NCBI GenBank assembly: GCA_944319745.1
Contig: CALUET010000019.1
Coordinates: 1,064 to 65,063 of the forward strand
Source of the DNA: an uncultured Phocaeicola sp.
GTDB lineage: Bacteria; Bacteroidota; Bacteroidia; Bacteroidales; Bacteroidaceae
Direction: 5' to 3'
Length of the DNA stretch: 64,000 nucleotides
Made by a program: the position numbers and the translations under genes. Positions 42,340-52,149 of this stretch are shown here, piece by piece. How positions within the stretch are numbered: position 1 is the stretch's first letter; each line of letters begins with the position of its first letter. The notes beneath the pieces were generated by a model. The model was not told the origin of the DNA, did not search any database, and saw nothing but the letters and a program-made list of their open reading frames with translations.

Positions 42340-43180
42340 ATATTTTGGTTCAAAACAAGAGAATGTATATAAAATAGGTAATTGTTTTTTTACAATATCC
42401 GATTGTATTGAAACAATGAAGAAGATGCCCAAGGCTGTTGTCAATACAATTGTAACATCTCCCCCGTATAATCTGAATAAAAAATACGGTAAGTATGATG
42501 ACAATAAAAGTTTTGCTGATTGGGAAGCATTGATGGATGAGGTAGCGAAGGCGGCGTGGAATGTATTGGCAGATGATGGAAGTTTCCTGTTAAACGTGTC
42601 TCCCGTTCCGGATAAAAAGACTAAAGAAATCATACCTTTAGACGCTCTTGCATATTTTATATTTAAAAGAAATGGTTATGCTTTGCGGAACAGTATCGTT
42701 TGGCATTTCAATAATATGCAGAATTGTACGAACAGATTAAGTGGAAGATGGGAATCGATATTATGGTTTGTCAAGGACATTGAGAATTATCAGTTTCATC
42801 TGGATGATATAAGAATTCCTTATATAACCCAAAACGATAAGCGCCTGAAAGAAGGAGGCGGCAGAAATCCGACCGATACTTGGCACTTTGATTTGCCGGA
42901 AAGCGACTTTTGGTATTTTAATCGAGTGAATAATATGACGAAAAACAAGCTCGGCTTGACGGAACATCCCTGTATTTTTCCGACACCTATGATTGAAAGA
43001 ATCATCAGAATGACGACGAAAATTGATGATGTTGTTTTAGATCCTTTTTTAGGAAGCGGTACGACTTTGGTTGCAGCGCAGAAGCTCAATAGAATCGGGC
43101 TTGGCATAGAATTGGATGATCGCTTTCGGGAGATTATAGAGAAGCGGGTGATTAATGAATCGGTCGGCTCTTTATTTTAA
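42332..43180 (+). CDS. Beta-class DNA amino-methyltransferase (N4-mC or N6-mA), M2
   Basis: VTSPPYN, HPCIFP, VLDPFLGSGTT; start overlaps the M1 stop. Confidence 0.92.
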   Translation: MSKYFGSKQENVYKIGNCFFTISDCIETMKKMPKAVVNTIVTSPPYNLNKKYGKYDDNKSFADWEALMDEVAKAAWNVLADDGSFLLNVSPVPDKKTKEIIPLDALAYFIFKRNGYALRNSIVWHFNNMQNCTNRLSGRWESILWFVKDIENYQFHLDDIRIPYITQNDKRLKEGGGRNPTDTWHFDLPESDFWYFNRVNNMTKNKLGLTEHPCIFPTPMIERIIRMTTKIDDVVLDPFLGSGTTLVAAQKLNRIGLGIELDDRFREIIEKRVINESVGSLF

Positions 43181-43337
43181 GAATACTGTTCGTATTTTTT
43201 AATGGTGTCGGTTGCCTTTAAAAGCATAACTCTTGAGGGTATCAATGGATGCAGTCGAGGTCGAATGAGCTTTCCCGGGATGATGTAATGCTTTATTTTC
43301 GGGTAAATAGAGAGTTAAAAAAGGAGTTAAGGTTGGG

Positions 43338-43685
43338 TCATTCATGGATTATCTTCTCAATATAATCGCGAATTTGTTCTAATTCAGACCTGTTTGTTGA
43401 AGCTAAAGGCCTTATTTCTCCGCTTTCTGTCCTTATTCTTAATGCATATTTCGTCCTCATAAGAATAGCAAGACCAAACAATAAAAGAGATATTATTAAG
43501 CATACGCTGGAAGAACTGATTGCAGATATTAATAAAAAAACAACGCCAAAGAAAATGGGATATCGTCTAGAGTTTGCTTGTTTTGTTATTATTATTGCAA
43601 CGATTCTGTTCTTGTTTATTCTTATTTGTTCATTTATTATGATAAAATCATGTTCAGCCCTTACATAATTGTTCTTGATATCCAT
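43338..43685 (-). CDS. Small membrane protein, DUF6232-like
   Basis: beta-rich N-terminus, two TM helices, YALRIRTESGE..LAS.NRSELEQIRDYI tail; family call from recollection. Confidence 0.55.
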   Translation of the reverse strand: MDIKNNYVRAEHDFIIINEQIRINKNRIVAIIITKQANSRRYPIFFGVVFLLISAISSSSVCLIISLLLFGLAILMRTKYALRIRTESGEIRPLASTNRSELEQIRDYIEKIIHE

Positions 43686-43774
43686 ATCTGATGTAAAGTT
43701 TAAGGATGTATCAAACCTGTTGTCTTTTTGATAATTTGATACATCCTTTTCTGTTTAAATACCTTATAAGTTTT

Positions 43775-44128
43775 TCAGATTTTCCCTTTCATAAGTTTCT
43801 TGTTATACATGCTTGTTGCAATGGCAGCCCATATTATATGGATAGGCCACGTCAGCAATAGTCCAAATCCAAGTGTGAAAATTCCAACAATAAGATCTAC
43901 AATTATCATGATGATAGCGCCAAGTATGGTAGAATAAAACATTCCTATTGGACCAAAAAGAACAGCGAGTGCGATGGAGATGCCCATACTTTTAGGCGAT
44001 TTAGTAATTACAACGTTAACGTTTTCATTAGTATTTTCCATAAGTTTCAAAATAATGTATAAATATTTTCCTACTCTATTAAAGGTTTTCGGACTATCCT
44101 GTGACAAAGGTATCTTTAAATAATGCAC
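43775..44128 (-). CDS. Small membrane protein (TM2-domain-like start KSMGISIALAVLFGPIGMFY)
   Basis: Three hydrophobic segments; likely start at MENTNEN. Confidence 0.6.
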   Translation of the reverse strand: MHYLKIPLSQDSPKTFNRVGKYLYIILKLMENTNENVNVVITKSPKSMGISIALAVLFGPIGMFYSTILGAIIMIIVDLIVGIFTLGFGLLLTWPIHIIWAAIATSMYNKKLMKGKI

Positions 44129-44183
44129 ATTACATGGAATGCTTGTTTATGATATTTTACGTTTGTGTGGAATAAAAATGACA

Positions 44184-44387
44184 TTATTCTAATTCTTTTG
44201 TGTAGTGGGAAAAGAAATTGTAGCCGAGGATTTTGGATATTCGTAGAAGTAAAGCAGTGTCAATACTTTCACGCTTGAAAATACTATATACATTCGTACG
44301 TTCACAGTACAGCTTTTTTGCAAACCATGTAACCGATCGTTCTTGTTTACGCAGCTCTTCTTCTATTAAATGTCCGATGTGTATCAT
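44184..44387 (-). CDS. Small XRE-family HTH protein
   Basis: IHIGHLIEEELRKQERSVTWFAKKL..RTNVYSIF..SIDT.LLLRISKIL..NFF, a common Bacteroidales XRE pattern. Start set at MIHIG. Confidence 0.8.
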   Translation of the reverse strand: MIHIGHLIEEELRKQERSVTWFAKKLYCERTNVYSIFKRESIDTALLLRISKILGYNFFSHYTKELE

Positions 44388-44427
44388 GATATTCAACAAA
44401 AAGGGCGAGACCATTCATTCCTTATTT

Positions 44428-44567
44428 TTAAGCTAGGTACCGCCAAGCACCTTGTACACAAATAAGCACGAATAGTTCACGCCCCATGTTGCGTGAACCT
44501 TTACTTACTTATTCTCGTGTACTTCAAATTGGCGGTTTTTAGCTTAAGAGAACAAGAGCAAAAGCTC
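44428..44567. ncRNA. Candidate structured RNA/leader: long nested hairpin plus small GAGC-AAAA-GCTC hairpin
   Basis: Five nested complementary pairs read directly from the sequence (see findings). Confidence 0.45.
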
Positions 44568-44634
44568 AAATATCTTTTCTTTGTAAGTTATGAATGGAAA
44601 CTCTTTCCCATTAATATGTCTTAATTTAAAAATA

Positions 44635-44665
44635 GAAGAATGCATTTCTAAAAAATGCATTCTTC
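44635..44665 (-). terminator. Terminator after the NifU-like/GGGtGRT gene
   Basis: GAAGAATGCATTT/AAATGCATTCTTC 13-bp stem. Confidence 0.6.
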
Positions 44666-44685
44666 ATATAATACTAAAGTATCAG

Positions 44686-46413
44686 TTATTTGCTTAAAGC
44701 TGTAGCAACGTCTACTGCACAAGCTACTGTACATCCTACCATCGGATTGTTACCGATTCCCAGGAAGCCCATCATTTCTACGTGAGCAGGAACAGAAGAA
44801 GAACCTGCGAACTGAGCGTCTGAGTGCATACGGCCCATGGTGTCGGTCATACCGTAAGACGCCGGTCCGGCTGCCATGTTATCGGGATGTAATGTACGTC
44901 CCGTACCACCTCCTGATGCAACTGAGAAATAAGGTTTGCCTGCAAGCACGCGTTCTTTCTTATATGTGCCGGCTACCGGATGTTGGAAACGAGTGGGATT
45001 TGTAGAGTTTCCCGTTATAGAAACATCTACGCCTTCTTTCCACATGATGGCTACGCCTTCGCGTACGTCATCGGCTCCATAACATTTTACTTTTGCACGC
45101 GGTCCGTCTGAGTAAGCGATTTCACGTACTACTTTTAATTCGCCGGTGTAGTAATCGAATTGTGTTTGCACATAAGTAAATCCGTTGATACGAGAAATAA
45201 TTTGTGCAGCATCTTTTCCCAAACCGTTCAGGATGCAGCGTAAAGGTTCTTTACGTACTTTGTCTGCTTTTGCTGCAATTTTGATTGCACCTTCGGCAGC
45301 TGCGAATGATTCATGTCCGGCCAAGAAAGCAAAACATTTCGTTTCTTCGCGTAAAAGCATTGCTGCCAAGTTTCCGTGTCCCAAACCAACTTTACGGTCG
45401 TCTGCGACAGAACCGGGGATACAAAACGATTGTAAACCGATACCGATGGCTTCAGCTGCTTCAGCAGCGTTCTTGCAACCTTTCTTCAATGCAATTGCAC
45501 AACCTACTACGTAAGCCCATTTTGCATTTTCGAAGCAGATCGGTTGAGTTTCTTCACACGTCTTATAAGGATCAAGACCGTATTGTTCGCAGATAGCGTT
45601 TGCTTCTTCGATGTCTTTGATGCCGTTAGCGTTCAATGCCGCAAGGATTTGTTTGATTCGGCGATCTTGGCTTTCAAATTTTACTTCTCTAATCATAATG
45701 TCTTTTCCTCCGTAATCTTTACGTGGATCAATGTATTTAACTGCACCAGCCTCTTTGGTAAAGCGTCCGTATGTTCCTGTTACTTTTTTCAAAGCTTCGT
45801 TTGCATCGGTTCCTTTTTTGATTTCGTCCATGAATTTTCCCAGGTGAACGAATTCATAACCGCAGATCTCATCGTCTTTGTCAAGTGCGATTGTCTTGAT
45901 ATAACCTTCGGCCATTTCAAGATAACGAGGCCCTTTTGCCAATGTTCCGTACAAAGTTCCCACTTGGCTGCGAAGACCTTTTCCTAAATCTTCCAGTCCG
46001 GCACCGATCATCAATCCGCCTTCAGAGAATGCAGATTGCGTACGTCCGTATACGATTTGCAGGAATAATTCACGCATTGCCGTGTTGATTGCATCACAAA
46101 CCAAGTCGGTATTTAATGCTTCGAGAATGGTTTTTCCCGGAAGGATTTCGGATGCCATTGCAGCAGAATGAGTCATTCCGGAGCAACCGATGGTTTCCAC
46201 TAACGCTTCCTGGATAATGCCTTCTTTTACATTCAGGGTTAATTTACAAGCGCCTTGCTGAGGTGCGCACCAACCAATACCGTGAGTTAAACCTGAAATA
46301 TCTTTAATTTCTTTTGATTTAACCCATTTTCCTTCTTCAGGAATTGGAGCCGGACCGTGATTTGGTCCTTTTTTTACAACACACATGTGTTCAACTTCGT
46401 GTGAATAAGTCAT
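44686..46413 (-). CDS. Fe-S scaffold (NifU/IscU-like) domain joined in frame to a GGGtGRT-family protein
   Basis: N-part GWCAPQQGACKLTL..ETIGCSGMTHS..LVCDA; C-part starts MIREVKFES and contains SGGGTGRTLHPDN. Confidence 0.8.
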   Translation of the reverse strand: MTYSHEVEHMCVVKKGPNHGPAPIPEEGKWVKSKEIKDISGLTHGIGWCAPQQGACKLTLNVKEGIIQEALVETIGCSGMTHSAAMASEILPGKTILEALNTDLVCDAINTAMRELFLQIVYGRTQSAFSEGGLMIGAGLEDLGKGLRSQVGTLYGTLAKGPRYLEMAEGYIKTIALDKDDEICGYEFVHLGKFMDEIKKGTDANEALKKVTGTYGRFTKEAGAVKYIDPRKDYGGKDIMIREVKFESQDRRIKQILAALNANGIKDIEEANAICEQYGLDPYKTCEETQPICFENAKWAYVVGCAIALKKGCKNAAEAAEAIGIGLQSFCIPGSVADDRKVGLGHGNLAAMLLREETKCFAFLAGHESFAAAEGAIKIAAKADKVRKEPLRCILNGLGKDAAQIISRINGFTYVQTQFDYYTGELKVVREIAYSDGPRAKVKCYGADDVREGVAIMWKEGVDVSITGNSTNPTRFQHPVAGTYKKERVLAGKPYFSVASGGGTGRTLHPDNMAAGPASYGMTDTMGRMHSDAQFAGSSSVPAHVEMMGFLGIGNNPMVGCTVACAVDVATALSK

Positions 46414-46713
46414 ATTCTTTACGTTTTATTAGTAATAAAAAATAAGTATTTTTTGACCACAGAACGAGGAAAAGTCTTCCTCAAAATTCGTACGCAAATT
46501 TAGTCGTTTTATTTCGTTTTGCAATCTGCTACCCAAAACTTTTTGTTCCATTTTAATGATATTTTCAGAAAAAAGGTTTTTTTATTGCTTTGCAGCGATA
46601 AAGGATTTCTTTTTTTGAAAGAAAAATGTAACTTTGTCCCGCTTTGATGAAGGCGTTTTTTTGTGCGACGAAAAGGGATAACCATTATAAATTAACAGGA
46701 TGGAGGTGCGAGT

Positions 46714-47220
46714 ATGGCGAATGTTGTGATTAAGGATGATGCTTTGCGTCAGGCGGCAGAAGTCGGAATGGACGATTTCTTGAGAGTTTTCACAGATAAA
46801 TATATGGCAGTGGTGGGCGGTGTTCCCGGTGCAGATACAATGGCTTTGCTGAACGGTTATCAGCACTCCCTGCTGGGTTATCATTTCTTTCGTGAGGAAG
46901 TTTTGGAAGGCGGATTCGTTCAGTTGATACAAAACGGTTACGGACCTTATATTTTCGACAACCCCTTTGCCAAGTCGATGCGCCTGTTTGGTGCAAAAGA
47001 ATTCTCGAAGTTGGTTTATGCTGCGAAGAAAATTTACGATGCCCATCGGGATGATTTGGAAAAAGAAACGACCGATGAAGAGTTTATGGCCATGTACGAG
47101 CAGTATGAAGAATTCGATGAATTGGAAGAAACATACCTTGATATTGAGGAATACGTCACGGCGATTATCGCAGAATATGTAGACGAACATTTGGATTTGT
47201 TTGCGGAAATAGAGAAGTGA
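46714..47220 (+). CDS. DMP19/DUF4375-family acidic protein
   Basis: EVLEGGFVQLIQNGYG motif; strongly acidic C-terminus. Confidence 0.75.
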   Translation: MANVVIKDDALRQAAEVGMDDFLRVFTDKYMAVVGGVPGADTMALLNGYQHSLLGYHFFREEVLEGGFVQLIQNGYGPYIFDNPFAKSMRLFGAKEFSKLVYAAKKIYDAHRDDLEKETTDEEFMAMYEQYEEFDELEETYLDIEEYVTAIIAEYVDEHLDLFAEIEK

Positions 47221-47336
47221 AATGTTAAAAAAGAAAGAAAACCTGCTCGTCAATGCAGTATTTCCTGAGAAGAAGATATTCTAAGAATAGATATGTGTTT
47301 TTATAAATATTTAAATCCAGTAATTGAAATAAGAAA

Positions 47337-48185
47337 ATGAAAAGAATGAAATTTTTTGGCGTTTTGTTCTCTGTACTGTCAATGTTCGGATTGTCTTCCT
47401 GCCTGGATGACGGAGAATATGATTATACAACGATGGGATCGGGCTTTTTCAGAGCATCAAACGTGTTTAATACTTGGGAATTTACCGACGAATATGGATA
47501 CACTTTATATCCAACAAATATGTCAGAAGTCGTTGAACAATTGAATACCAATGACCACTATATTTATATGATGTATTCATGGGATGCTTCAACCGGCGTG
47601 ACAGATAATAATGAACTTGAGGTGGAATGTCTGACTGTGCTTCCTGTCAGACGTGAAAGTACTGCACAAGTTGAAGCTTTGCCCGAGGAATCTGCCAATG
47701 CTCCTGTAATCAGTACAGACGCTTCGGAGGGATATTCTTTCGGATGCTTCAGGAAGAATGTACTCTTTGTTCCCATTCGTTATTGGATAAACCATCCGTC
47801 GGATATGACAGATGCGGAGTGGCAGAACGAACTGGATGCGCATTCTTTTGAGATATATTATGATGAAAATTACGATCCCGTTACTTCCGATCATGTAGGA
47901 AATAACGTTATGGTGCTGCATTTGCGTCATAATATTATCGACGGATCGGAAGATGTTGAGCGTGAGAACTCGTATATTGAATACCTGAGCGTAGATATGA
48001 CTACGGCTTTGGAGAGATATCGTGATGCACACAACGAGGAAGAACCTTATGAAATCCGTATCAAATACGATAGAAATGTGGGTGGATCAAGTATGGACGG
48101 GGCGTTTTCCTATTTGAATGAAAGCGGTTTCCGTTATTCTGAATACGTAAGATGGTATGACAACGCCATGTCGCAGGGAAATTAA
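47337..48185 (+). CDS. NigD-like lipoprotein
   Basis: Lipobox LSSC followed by acidic LDDGEYD; LHLRHN motif. Confidence 0.6.
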   Translation: MKRMKFFGVLFSVLSMFGLSSCLDDGEYDYTTMGSGFFRASNVFNTWEFTDEYGYTLYPTNMSEVVEQLNTNDHYIYMMYSWDASTGVTDNNELEVECLTVLPVRRESTAQVEALPEESANAPVISTDASEGYSFGCFRKNVLFVPIRYWINHPSDMTDAEWQNELDAHSFEIYYDENYDPVTSDHVGNNVMVLHLRHNIIDGSEDVERENSYIEYLSVDMTTALERYRDAHNEEEPYEIRIKYDRNVGGSSMDGAFSYLNESGFRYSEYVRWYDNAMSQGN

Positions 48186-48316
48186 CAAGGAAAATAATAT
48201 TTGAAAAGCAAGGGGCGGGACAAGGCATGTTCTGCCCCTTTTTTGTTTTATGAAAAGCCTCTGTTTGCATCTCGTTCTTTTTTCGTATCTTTGCTCGTCA
48301 CATTATATTGATTGAA

Positions 48317-48901
48317 ATGAAAGGAGACACATTGAATTATAAAGACTTGTTTCGTCAGATAATAGCCATATTGTCGGCGCCGGGAAAGGCTTGGGATGAA
48401 ATTGTCGGGCGGGAAAAAGAAAGAAACGTCGTATCATCTTTCGTATATCCCATGATTGCTTTGTGTAGTTTGGCGAAGTTCATAGGGGTGTTCATAGGCA
48501 GAGACATTGTGTCGGATGTCTTTCAAATGGCTCTGACGCGCTGTTGTGCGGTTGCCGTTGCCTTGTTCGGTGGCTTTTTTCTTGCGGTATATCTGCTTGA
48601 TAAAATGAGTCAGTTTTGGCTGAAGAAGAAAGAAAGCATCACGAAAATACAGGTCTTTGTCGGCTATTCCATGACGGTAACTTTTGTATTGGATGTCGTC
48701 AGCGGATTATTTTCTTTGGAAATTTTGCACTGGATACTGCAAATCTATACGATAGTAATCGTGTTTGAAGGGGCCAGACGTTTAATGAATATACCGGAAA
48801 GCAGACTGACTCTTTATACTTTGGCCGTGACAATCATCATATTGCTTTGCCCGGCTTTGATCGAATTAATCTTTAATGAACTCTCTGTAATCCTGAACTG
48901 A
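48317..48901 (+). CDS. Yip1-family membrane protein
   Basis: [13 protein letters not shown]-terminus, five TM helices; upstream of smpB. Confidence 0.75.
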   Translation: MKGDTLNYKDLFRQIIAILSAPGKAWDEIVGREKERNVVSSFVYPMIALCSLAKFIGVFIGRDIVSDVFQMALTRCCAVAVALFGGFFLAVYLLDKMSQFWLKKKESITKIQVFVGYSMTVTFVLDVVSGLFSLEILHWILQIYTIVIVFEGARRLMNIPESRLTLYTLAVTIIILLCPALIELIFNELSVILN

Positions 48902-49362
48902 TGAAACAGAAAACGAATAATAATATTAATATAAAGAATAAACGTGCTTCGTTCGATTACGAATTTATCGATATTTACACGGCGGGAATTGTCCTGACGG
49001 GGACGGAAATCAAATCAATTCGTCAGGGAAAAGCCGGTCTTGTCGATACTTTTTGTTTTTTTTCCCGCGGAGAGTTATGGGTAAAAAACATGTACATTGC
49101 CGAATATTTCTACGGCTCGTATAATAATCACGCGGCACGAAGAGACCGGAAGTTGCTGTTAAGTAAGAAAGAACTCCGCAAGCTGGAGCGTTCTACCCGC
49201 GAACCGGGCTTTACAATTGTGCCCACACGTTTATATATCAATGAAAGAGGATTGGCCAAACTGGTCATTGCTCTGGCTAAAGGAAAGAAACAATATGATA
49301 AGCGCGAGGCTTTGAGGGAGAAAGACGACAAGCGCATGATGGACCGTCTGTTTAAGCGATGA
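48901..49362 (+). CDS. smpB: SsrA-binding protein
   Basis: [32 protein letters not shown]. Confidence 0.97.
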   Translation: MKQKTNNNINIKNKRASFDYEFIDIYTAGIVLTGTEIKSIRQGKAGLVDTFCFFSRGELWVKNMYIAEYFYGSYNNHAARRDRKLLLSKKELRKLERSTREPGFTIVPTRLYINERGLAKLVIALAKGKKQYDKREALREKDDKRMMDRLFKR

Positions 49363-52112
49363 AACGAATAGAAGAGGAAATAAAGAAACGTATTCTGTTG
49401 CTCGATGGAGCAATGGGGACGATGATTCAACAATATAATCTGGCGGAGGAAGATTTTCGCGGAGAGCGTTTTCGGGAAACAACGGGACAGATGAAGGGAA
49501 ACAACGATGTGTTGTGCCTGACACGTCCCGATGTGATAGAAGAAATACACCGTAAATATTTGGAAGCTGGAGCGGATATTATTGAAACAAACTCGTTTAA
49601 TGCCACAAGGATTTCGTTGTCCGATTATCATGTGGAGGCGTATTGCCGTGAAATAAACCTTGCTGCCGCACGAATTGCGCGTTGTGTAGCCGATGAGTAT
49701 TCGGCCAGGCATCCGGAAAAACCTCGTTTTGTGGCCGGTTCGGTGGGGCCTACGAACAAAACCTGTTCGATGAGTCCCGACGTGAACGATCCGTCTTTGC
49801 GTAATTTGACGTTTGATTCTTTGGCAGAAGCGTATTGCGAGCAGATGGAAGCCTTGTTGGAAGGGGGAGTGGATGCCCTTCTTGTGGAAACAATATTCGA
49901 TACATTGAATGCAAAGGCGGCAATATATGCGGCCGGGCAGTCCATGGAAAAAATAGGACGAAAGGTTCCTTTGATGCTTTCGGTTACGGTTTCTGATGTA
50001 GCCGGGCGTATCTTGTCGGGACAAACACTCGATGCTTTCCTTGCATCCGTGCGTCATGCCGACATTTTTTCGGTCGGCTTGAATTGTTCGTTTGGGGCAA
50101 AACAGTTAAAACCTTTCCTTGAGCGGTTGGCAAGCCGTGCACCTTATTATATCAGCGCTTACCCCAATGCCGGACTTCCCAATAGTCTTGGAAGTTATGA
50201 CCAGTCGCCCGAGGATATGGCAGCCGAGATAAAGGAATACATCGATGAAGGGCTTGTGAATATCGTAGGCGGATGTTGTGGTACAACCGATGCATACATT
50301 TCTCGTTTTCATGAGCTGTTGAAAGACGCCGCTCCGCATGTTCCGGTAGCAAAATCGAAATATTTGCAACTGTCCGGCATGGAATTATTGGAGATGACTC
50401 CCGATATTAATTTTGTAAACGTGGGAGAACGTTGTAACGTGGCCGGATCGCGAAAGTTCCTTCGTCTGATTAATGAGAAAAAATACGACGAGGCTGTTTC
50501 CATTGCCCGCAAACAAGTGGAAGACGGGGCGCAGGTCATTGATGTCAATATGGACGACGGTCTGTTGGATGCAGCTGCGGAAATGACGACATTCCTGAAT
50601 TACATTGTCTCCGAACCCGACATTGCCCGTGTCCCCATAATGATAGATTCTTCCAAATGGGACGTGATCCTTTCCGGATTGAAATGCGTTCAGGGTAAGT
50701 GTATCGTCAATTCCATTTCATTGAAAGAAGGCGAAGATGTTTTTGTTTCACACGCACGTGATATCCGGAAATACGGCGCAGCCGTGATTGTAATGGCTTT
50801 TGACGAGCGGGGACAGGCCGATACTTTTGAACGGAAGATAGAAATCTGTCAGCGGGCTTATCGCATTCTTACGGAGCAAGTCGGCTTTGAACCTTGCGAT
50901 ATTATCTTCGATCCTAACATATTGGCTGTCGCTACGGGGATAGAAACACATAATAATTATGCCGTAGATTTTATCAGGGCTGCGGAATGGATTAAGCATA
51001 ATCTGCCCGGAACACACGTAAGCGGAGGAGTAAGCAACCTTTCGTTTGCCTTCAGAGGTAATAATTATATCCGCGAAGCAATGCATGCCGTGTTCTTGTA
51101 TCATGCCATCCGTGCGGGAATGGATATGGGAATTGTAAATCCAGGGACGTCGGTTCTTTATACGGATATTCCGTCCGATGTGTTGGAATGTATAGAAGAT
51201 GTGATATTAAACCGTCGGGACGATGCTGCCGAACGCCTGATTGCTTTGGCCGAACGTCTAAAGGAAAATGGAGAAAGCGTAGGGCTGTCGGGTGACTCGT
51301 CGGCACATCTTTCGTGGAGGACAGGTACGACGGTGGAAGAACGTCTGCAATATGCTTTGATTAAAGGGATAGAAGATTATCTGGAGCCCGACTTGAAAGA
51401 GGCGTTACAACGTTATCCTCGTGCCGTTGAAATTATAGAAGGTCCGTTAATGTCGGGCATGAATCAGGTGGGAGTCTTGTTCGGTTCCGGAAAAATGTTC
51501 CTTCCGCAGGTTGTAAAGACCGCGCGTACGATGAAAAAGGCGGTGTCGATACTTCGCCCTTATATGGAAACAGAGAAGAAAGGCGGCGCAAAGTCGGCCG
51601 GAAAGGTGTTGTTGGCTACGGTAAAGGGCGATGTGCATGACATAGGGAAAAACATTGTCGGCGTGGTAATGTCTTGTAATAATTATGAAATCATCGACTT
51701 GGGTGTGATGGTTCCTGCCGAGAAAATCGTGGAAACCGCGGTTAGGGAGAATGTTGATGTGATAGGTTTGAGCGGATTGATCACGCCGTCTTTGGAAGAG
51801 ATGGTGCATGTTGTGACAGAACTTGAGCGCGCGGGACTTGATATCCCGGTATTGATTGGGGGAGCGACGACATCGAAATTGCATACTGCGCTGAAGATTG
51901 CTCCGGTTTATCACGCTCCGGTTGTTTATGTAAAAGATGCTTCGCAGAATGCTCCGGTGGTCTCTCGTCTGATGAATCCCGTTGCGCGGAAAAAATTCCT
52001 TGAAGATTTGAAGAAAGAATATCGGGATCTTCGGGAAAAGACCGGGATAAAATCGCAAAAGACGGTCTCGCTTGAGGAAGCGCGCAAGCAAAAGCCCCGT
52101 TACTGGAACTGA
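49359..52112 (+). CDS. metH: B12-dependent methionine synthase lacking the C-terminal AdoMet reactivation domain
   Basis: [43 protein letters not shown]; ends at 917 aa. Confidence 0.92.
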   Translation: MKRIEEEIKKRILLLDGAMGTMIQQYNLAEEDFRGERFRETTGQMKGNNDVLCLTRPDVIEEIHRKYLEAGADIIETNSFNATRISLSDYHVEAYCREINLAAARIARCVADEYSARHPEKPRFVAGSVGPTNKTCSMSPDVNDPSLRNLTFDSLAEAYCEQMEALLEGGVDALLVETIFDTLNAKAAIYAAGQSMEKIGRKVPLMLSVTVSDVAGRILSGQTLDAFLASVRHADIFSVGLNCSFGAKQLKPFLERLASRAPYYISAYPNAGLPNSLGSYDQSPEDMAAEIKEYIDEGLVNIVGGCCGTTDAYISRFHELLKDAAPHVPVAKSKYLQLSGMELLEMTPDINFVNVGERCNVAGSRKFLRLINEKKYDEAVSIARKQVEDGAQVIDVNMDDGLLDAAAEMTTFLNYIVSEPDIARVPIMIDSSKWDVILSGLKCVQGKCIVNSISLKEGEDVFVSHARDIRKYGAAVIVMAFDERGQADTFERKIEICQRAYRILTEQVGFEPCDIIFDPNILAVATGIETHNNYAVDFIRAAEWIKHNLPGTHVSGGVSNLSFAFRGNNYIREAMHAVFLYHAIRAGMDMGIVNPGTSVLYTDIPSDVLECIEDVILNRRDDAAERLIALAERLKENGESVGLSGDSSAHLSWRTGTTVEERLQYALIKGIEDYLEPDLKEALQRYPRAVEIIEGPLMSGMNQVGVLFGSGKMFLPQVVKTARTMKKAVSILRPYMETEKKGGAKSAGKVLLATVKGDVHDIGKNIVGVVMSCNNYEIIDLGVMVPAEKIVETAVRENVDVIGLSGLITPSLEEMVHVVTELERAGLDIPVLIGGATTSKLHTALKIAPVYHAPVVYVKDASQNAPVVSRLMNPVARKKFLEDLKKEYRDLREKTGIKSQKTVSLEEARKQKPRYWN

Positions 52113-52149
52113 TGTTCCGGTGTTTCCCCGGGGTTGTACCCGTAGGAAC

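Noticed and set aside
46582-47253. 223-aa minus-strand ORF
   Set aside because: Antisense to the DMP19-family gene, Phe-rich low-complexity start, no motif.
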